Below, piece by piece: positions 59,030-64,000 of a DNA stretch of 64,000 bases. The DNA lies in assembly GCF_032116555.1 (NCBI RefSeq), contig NZ_CP134949.1:1-64000 (forward strand). Reading direction: 5' to 3'. The notes beneath the pieces are model-generated. The model saw nothing but the letters and a program-made list of their open reading frames with translations. It was not told the origin of the DNA and did not search any database. This DNA is from Halorarum halobium (GTDB lineage Archaea > Halobacteriota > Halobacteria > Halobacteriales > Haloferacaceae). Both the position numbers and the translations under genes were made by a program. Every line of letters starts with the position of its first letter. Position 1 is the stretch's first letter.

Positions 59030-59053
59030 CCGGACGGCACGCACCGATTCGCC

Positions 59054-60001
59054 ATGGCCACTGAGGAGTACGAGGGCGAAGTAGGCCCCCACGGCGGCGG
59101 CCTCACCGGCGCCGTCTCCGACTGGGTGAACGACCACATCCGGACGGTGCTGCTCGGCCCGTCGCTGGTGGCGCTGTTCGTCGTGTTCATCTACCCGGCG
59201 GTGATGTTGCTGTGGCTGTCGCTCCAGAACACCCGCGGCTTCGGCGAGACGTTCGAGCCCGCGTACAACTACGGGCGCATCTTCACCGACCCGACGTTCT
59301 GGAACGCGGTCGAGAAGACGCTGATCTACTCGTTCGGCTCGCTGTTCGTCTCGGTGAGCGCCGGGCTGGTCATCGCGCTCGCGCTGAACAAGCTGCTCAA
59401 CCAGCGGCTGCGTGACGCCTACTCGACGCTCATCCTCATCTCGTGGGCGGTGCCGCTGTCCATCGTCGGGGTCACCTGGCAGTGGATGTTCGACGGGCAG
59501 CTGGGGGTCGTCAACCAGGTCCTGGTCGATCTGGGAATCCTCGAAACCGGCTACTCCTGGCTCTCGAACTCCGTGTCCGCGATGGTCGTCGTCATCCTCG
59601 CGGACTCGTGGTCGCGCATCCCGTTCGCGACCATCGTGCTGCTCGCGGGGCTCCAGTCGATTCCCCAGGACATGTACGACGCCGCCAAGACCGACGGCGC
59701 GACGACCTGGCAGACGTTCCGGCACGTCACGCTGCCGTACCTCCGGCCGTCGTTCTTCGTCGCGGGACTCATCACCTGGATGTTCGCGTTCCGCGCGTTC
59801 GCCATCCCGTACTCGACGACGGGCGGCGGGCCGGGCGGCGCGACCGAGACCCTCGCCATCTACATCCACCGCTTCGGCATCCAGCTGCTCGACTACGGGT
59901 TCGCCTCCGCGGTCTCGGTGTTCCTCGTCGCGGTGACGCTCGTCGTCGCGACGGCGTACGTCTACTTCATCCTCGAACAGATGGAGGAGATCGAGGTCTG
60001 A
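59054..60001 (+). CDS. Carbohydrate ABC transporter permease (MalF/UgpA-like)
   Basis: LAGLQSIP..MYDAA..DGA..WQ.F..VTLP.L, T.GGPG. Confidence 0.95.
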   Translation: MATEEYEGEVGPHGGGLTGAVSDWVNDHIRTVLLGPSLVALFVVFIYPAVMLLWLSLQNTRGFGETFEPAYNYGRIFTDPTFWNAVEKTLIYSFGSLFVSVSAGLVIALALNKLLNQRLRDAYSTLILISWAVPLSIVGVTWQWMFDGQLGVVNQVLVDLGILETGYSWLSNSVSAMVVVILADSWSRIPFATIVLLAGLQSIPQDMYDAAKTDGATTWQTFRHVTLPYLRPSFFVAGLITWMFAFRAFAIPYSTTGGGPGGATETLAIYIHRFGIQLLDYGFASAVSVFLVAVTLVVATAYVYFILEQMEEIEV

Positions 60002-60002
60002 C

Positions 60003-60872
60003 ATGGCGGGAGCGGAGTTCGGCCTGGACCAGTACCGGCGACGACAGCGGCTCTGGGACGCCGTGGAGAGCCGCTACGTCGTTCACCTCGTGCTGTTCGC
60101 GGCGGTGTTTTTCGCGATCTCGCCGCTGGTGTGGCAGCTCCTCACGTCGTTCAAGACCCAGCAGGGCGTGCTCGCGCTGACGTACCTGCCGCTTGACCCG
60201 ACGCTGGCCGCCTACGAGCGGGCGCTGATCGACCGCGGGTTCTGGCGCGCGGTCGTGAACAGCGTCATCATCGCCTCCGCGTCGACGGCGATCGTGATGG
60301 TGCTCGGGACGCCGGCCGGCTACGTGTTCAGCCGGTTCCGCTTCCCGTTCGACAACGCCGTGTTCGTGTTCGTCCTGTTCACGCGGTTGTTCCCGCCGAT
60401 CGGGCTGGTGACGCCGTACTACCGGATCATGACGACGACCGGGCTGTTGAACACGAAGACGGGCATCGTCATCGCGAACGTCTACCTCTGGCTCCCGCTG
60501 GTCATCTACATCATGCGGAACTTCTTCATCACCATCCCCCAGTCGCTCGACGAGGCGGCCAGGGTTGACGGCTGCACGAAGATCCAGGCGTTCTGGCACG
60601 TCGTGTTCCCCGTCGTCCTGCCCGGCTTCGCCGCGGGGACCATCCTCACCTTCCTCTACTCCTGGCGGGAGTTCCTGTTCGCGTTCACCGTCAGCACCGA
60701 CCTCACCTCGATGACCATCCCCGTGGCGACGTTCCTGTTCGTCGGGGACGCCGGCATCGACTGGGCGGCGATGGCCGCCGCCTCCATCGTCTCGGTCATC
60801 CCGTCGGCGCTGGTGGTGGTCTTCTTCCAGCGGTACATCGTCGTCGGCATGACGGGAGGGCTGAAGGGATGA
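60003..60872 (+). CDS. Carbohydrate ABC transporter permease (MalG-like)
   Basis: NS..IA, FF..IP..LDEAARVDG, W.EF, FQRY.V.G. Confidence 0.95.
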   Translation: MAGAEFGLDQYRRRQRLWDAVESRYVVHLVLFAAVFFAISPLVWQLLTSFKTQQGVLALTYLPLDPTLAAYERALIDRGFWRAVVNSVIIASASTAIVMVLGTPAGYVFSRFRFPFDNAVFVFVLFTRLFPPIGLVTPYYRIMTTTGLLNTKTGIVIANVYLWLPLVIYIMRNFFITIPQSLDEAARVDGCTKIQAFWHVVFPVVLPGFAAGTILTFLYSWREFLFAFTVSTDLTSMTIPVATFLFVGDAGIDWAAMAAASIVSVIPSALVVVFFQRYIVVGMTGGLKG

Positions 60873-60966
60873 CCGGGATCAGGCCGCCCCGAGCGACGCG
60901 AATCACCCGCGCGAGCGGGACTCCGGACGCACCGGCCGCACGACCGACCACGGAGACCATCGATCA

Positions 60967-62166
60967 ATGAGCGACACAGCAGGACCCAAAGCGGACGAGC
61001 GGACGACCCAACCGACCGATCGCGACGTCAGCCTCGAACTCAGGGACGTCACCAAGACGTTCACCGAGGACGACGGCTCGACCGTCGTCGCGGTCGAGGA
61101 CCTGGACCTGACGATCTACGACGGGGAGTTCGTCGTGATCGTCGGCCCGTCGGGCTGTGGAAAGACCACGACGTTGCGGATGATCGCCGGCCTCGAGGAG
61201 CCGACCGAGGGGGACGTCGTCATCGAGGGACGCGACGTGGCGGGGCTCGACCCCCGCGAGCGCGACATCGCGATGGTGTTCCAGAACTACGCGCTCTACC
61301 CCCACAAGACGGTCCGGGAGAACATCGCGTTCCCGCTCCGGATCCGGAAGTTCCCGGACGAGGAGGTCGAGGGGCGCGTCGAGGACGTCGCCCGGTCGCT
61401 CGACATCCCGGAACTGCTCGAGCGCCGCCCGTCGGAGCTCTCGGGCGGCCAGCAGCAGCGGGTCGCGCTCGGGCGCGCAATCGTGCGCGACCCGGCGGTG
61501 TTCCTGTTCGACGAGCCGCTGTCGAACCTCGACGCGAAGCTCCGCATCGAGATGCGGACCGAGCTGAACAAACTCCACGACCGCGTCGGGAAGACGTCGG
61601 TGTACGTCACCCACGACCAGGTCGAGGCGATGACGCTCTCGGACCGCGTCGTCGTGCTCGACGACGGGCGGCTCCAGCAGTTCGCGCCGCCCCAGGAGCT
61701 GTACGGCGCCCCCGCCAACAAGTTCGTCGCGGGCTTCATCGGCGAGCCGCCGATGAACTTCTTCGCCGCCCGCGTCGAGGAGCGCGGCGGCGACTGGTGG
61801 GTCGTCTCCGACGCGTTCGAACTCCGCCTGCCCGACGAGCACGACGCGAAACTCCGGGAGTGGACCGGCGACCTCGAGAACGCCGAGTTCGGCGTCCGAC
61901 CGGAGCACCTGTTCGACGTCGCCGTGGAGGGCGACCCCGGCGAGGGAGCGACGTTCGACGCGCTGGTGAAGGTGATCGAACCGATGGGGCCACACATGGA
62001 CGTCACCGTCGCGCCGTCGGAGCGGCCCGACGACGAGGACGCCGAGTTCACCGCGCGGGTGTCGAACGAGAGCGACGTGGCCACCGAGAGCCGGGTCACG
62101 CTCGGCGTCGAACTGGACAAGGCACACCTGTTCGACGGCCGGACCGGCGAGAACGTCCTCCGGTAG
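60967..62166 (+). CDS. Carbohydrate ABC transporter ATP-binding protein (MalK-like)
   Basis: GPSGCGKT, VFQNYALYPH, LSGGQQQR, DEPLSNLDAKLR, VTHDQ, GVRPE. Confidence 0.97.
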   Translation: MSDTAGPKADERTTQPTDRDVSLELRDVTKTFTEDDGSTVVAVEDLDLTIYDGEFVVIVGPSGCGKTTTLRMIAGLEEPTEGDVVIEGRDVAGLDPRERDIAMVFQNYALYPHKTVRENIAFPLRIRKFPDEEVEGRVEDVARSLDIPELLERRPSELSGGQQQRVALGRAIVRDPAVFLFDEPLSNLDAKLRIEMRTELNKLHDRVGKTSVYVTHDQVEAMTLSDRVVVLDDGRLQQFAPPQELYGAPANKFVAGFIGEPPMNFFAARVEERGGDWWVVSDAFELRLPDEHDAKLREWTGDLENAEFGVRPEHLFDVAVEGDPGEGATFDALVKVIEPMGPHMDVTVAPSERPDDEDAEFTARVSNESDVATESRVTLGVELDKAHLFDGRTGENVLR

Positions 62167-62187
62167 TTGCCGGGCCAGCCCCGCCCC

Positions 62188-63480
62188 TCACTCCGCCGGT
62201 TCGAACGACGGCTCGCCGTCCACGAACGAGAGTTCCTCCGGTCCCTCCACGACGACGCCCTCGGGCGGGTCGCGCGCGAGCGCCTCGGAGACGCGGAACG
62301 ACGACAGCGACGCGGTGTCCCGGATCCAGGCGACGCGGACGTCCGCCGGGTCGTAGGTCCCGACGGTGGAGAGCGCGGCCGTCAGCGCCCGCTCGTCGTC
62401 CGGGAGGACGACCGGGAGCTTCGCCTTGCTGAGCGACCCGCTCGTCAGCGCGTTCGTGTACACCTGGTCGAGGTCGAGTTCATCGGCGACCGCGCGGGTC
62501 GTCACGTCCGCCAGCCCGATGCCGTTGCCGTTGCCGTGGGTCGCCTCCGTCAGCCCCCGCACGACGATGCGCTTGATGTCGGGCAGCGCCGGGTCCTCGG
62601 CGTTCAGCACGCTGTACCGGCCGACGACGTTCGTGTCCATCCCCGCGCCGGAGACGTCCTTGCCGATCTCGTCGACGACGAGCACGTCGAGGTCGTCGAA
62701 CGGGAGCGTCGGCATGTACTCGTCGGCCCGCTCCAGCAGCGGCTCCTCCGCGTCGGGGAGCGCCGACGCGGGCACGCCCTCGACGTGGGCCGTCCGGTCG
62801 TGGAAGTTCTCAACGACGGCGAGGCCCCCCAGCAGCGGCGTCTCGGCGCGGACGACGTCGTAGGCCGCGGCGATGACGGGTACGTACCCCTCGACGAGCG
62901 CGTGCTCGTGGGCCGCCTTCGCGCCTGGCTGTTTGCCCAGCCCGATGGTCGCCATCTTCGTCAGCCCGCTCTCGAACCGGCCGGTGAAGTTGGTGTGGGC
63001 CTTCACGCGGTTGATCACGAGGACCCCGTCGGCCTCCAGGGCGGCCGTCGAGAACGGCACCGTCGCGCCGACCGCGGAGTCGCCGAGGTCGGTCGTGTCC
63101 ATCCGCGCGTCGATCGGACAGCCGAGTGCGTCCTCGGTCAGCCCGATGCCGGCGAGCGTCCGCCGCTGGCCCTCGGCGGTCGCGCCGCCGTGGCTCCCCA
63201 TCGCCGGCACGACGAACGGCTCGAAGCCGCGACGTGCCAGTTCGTCGATCACGGCCCGTGCTGCTGGAACGACGTCGTGGATGCCACGGCTCCCCAGCCC
63301 GACCGCGACGCTCCCCCCCGGGGGGACGTCGCCGAGCGGGAGTTCGTCCACCTCCGCGCGGGTCCTCCCCTCGACGTCGTCGAGTTCGGGCGTCTCCGGC
63401 TCGTACCGCACCGACGCGAACCGGGGGAGGGTCGGTCGGCCGAGCGCCGCGTCGACGACATCGGCGTCCGGGAATCGCAT
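62188..63480 (-). CDS. Lactate racemase (LarA)-superfamily / DUF362-like protein, putative nickel-pincer-dependent isomerase
   Basis: GSRGI, PAMGSHGGAT..GQ, NRVK.HT, ESGL.KM..IGLGK, GKD.SG.GMDTNV.GR, GN..G.G.AD. Confidence 0.75.
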   Translation of the reverse strand: MRFPDADVVDAALGRPTLPRFASVRYEPETPELDDVEGRTRAEVDELPLGDVPPGGSVAVGLGSRGIHDVVPAARAVIDELARRGFEPFVVPAMGSHGGATAEGQRRTLAGIGLTEDALGCPIDARMDTTDLGDSAVGATVPFSTAALEADGVLVINRVKAHTNFTGRFESGLTKMATIGLGKQPGAKAAHEHALVEGYVPVIAAAYDVVRAETPLLGGLAVVENFHDRTAHVEGVPASALPDAEEPLLERADEYMPTLPFDDLDVLVVDEIGKDVSGAGMDTNVVGRYSVLNAEDPALPDIKRIVVRGLTEATHGNGNGIGLADVTTRAVADELDLDQVYTNALTSGSLSKAKLPVVLPDDERALTAALSTVGTYDPADVRVAWIRDTASLSSFRVSEALARDPPEGVVVEGPEELSFVDGEPSFEPAE

Positions 63481-63605
63481 GCTCGTTCGTTGGCGAGCGG
63501 CGAGTAAACCGTGTCGGCGGTGCTGCGCGGTCTCGTGTCCCGTCGTTTCGTGTCGTGTGGTACCACTGAGCATAACGATTTACCGATCCGTCCCGAAAGG
63601 CTCGT

Positions 63606-64000
63606 ATGGAAGTCGCCGAGGTCGAGAGTTTCGCGGTCTCCATCCCGCTGGCGGAGCCGGTGTCGTTCGCGACCCGGACCGTCGAGGAGCGTGACCACGC
63701 CGTCACGTACGTCCGGACCGACGACGGGGTCGAGGGGCTCGGCTACACGCTCGGCTACGGCGGGGCGGGGCTCGTCGCCGACGCCGTGACCGACGTGCTC
63801 GCGCCCATCGTCGAGGGCGAGGACCCGCGCGACACCGAGCGCCTGTGGCGCGAGATGTTCGACGGGACGGTCCAGATCGGGCGGAAGGGCGTCATGCTGC
63901 GGGCCATCGCGACCGTGGACGTCGCGCTGTGGGACGTCGCCGCGAAGGCGGCGGGCGTGCCGCTGTACAAGTACCTCGGGGCGTACCGCGACTCGGTTCC
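63606..64000 (+). CDS. Mandelate racemase/muconate lactonizing enzyme (enolase superfamily) protein, truncated by window end
   Basis: Manual translation MEVAEVESFAVSIPL...V.TDDG.EG.G...AIATVDVALWD..AKAAGVPLYKYLG. No stop before 64000. Confidence 0.88.
   Translation, partial: MEVAEVESFAVSIPLAEPVSFATRTVEERDHAVTYVRTDDGVEGLGYTLGYGGAGLVADAVTDVLAPIVEGEDPRDTERLWREMFDGTVQIGRKGVMLRAIATVDVALWDVAAKAAGVPLYKYLGAYRDSV

Noticed and set aside
57455..60004. 849-aa minus-strand ORF
   Set aside because: Antisense to the ABC transporter genes, a codon-bias shadow.
1..64000. tRNA or rRNA genes
   Set aside because: No cloverleaf or rRNA-conserved motifs recognised in any intergenic gap by eye. tRNAscan-SE would confirm.

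Overview
High-GC chromosomal DNA from a halophilic archaeon (class Halobacteria). This is inferred from the acidic proteome, Tat lipoproteins, haloarchaeal ferredoxin, HalOD1 protein and two TatC paralogues. Most of the window is conserved housekeeping genes: RFC small-subunit paralogue, pssD, Trm11, TBP, hisG, mtaD, hisI, glmM, PCNA, rlmE, two tatC, larE, pibD, ferredoxin, htpX, pspAB, radA, sufU/sufS, thpR and ahcY. Accessory pieces are an arsR-arsM-orf-arsN2 arsenic operon with a clear double-palindrome operator, rmuC, two frameshifted genes, and a sugar/sugar-acid uptake and catabolism cluster with a LarA-family protein at the right end. I found no rRNA, tRNA, CRISPR array or transposase. 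The most unusual signal is non-coding: a dispersed family of ~160-270 bp modular intergenic elements (five full copies, one remnant, plus a related second family). They have fixed linkers and variable, covarying hairpins. The hairpins use GNA triloops and tandem GA/GA mismatches, and a conserved G-tract block follows, all on the same strand of the element. This is the signature of folded single-stranded DNA. Related inverted copies flank a ~44.5 kb hisI..ahcY segment that may have been inverted. All protein family calls come from motif recognition, not database searches.
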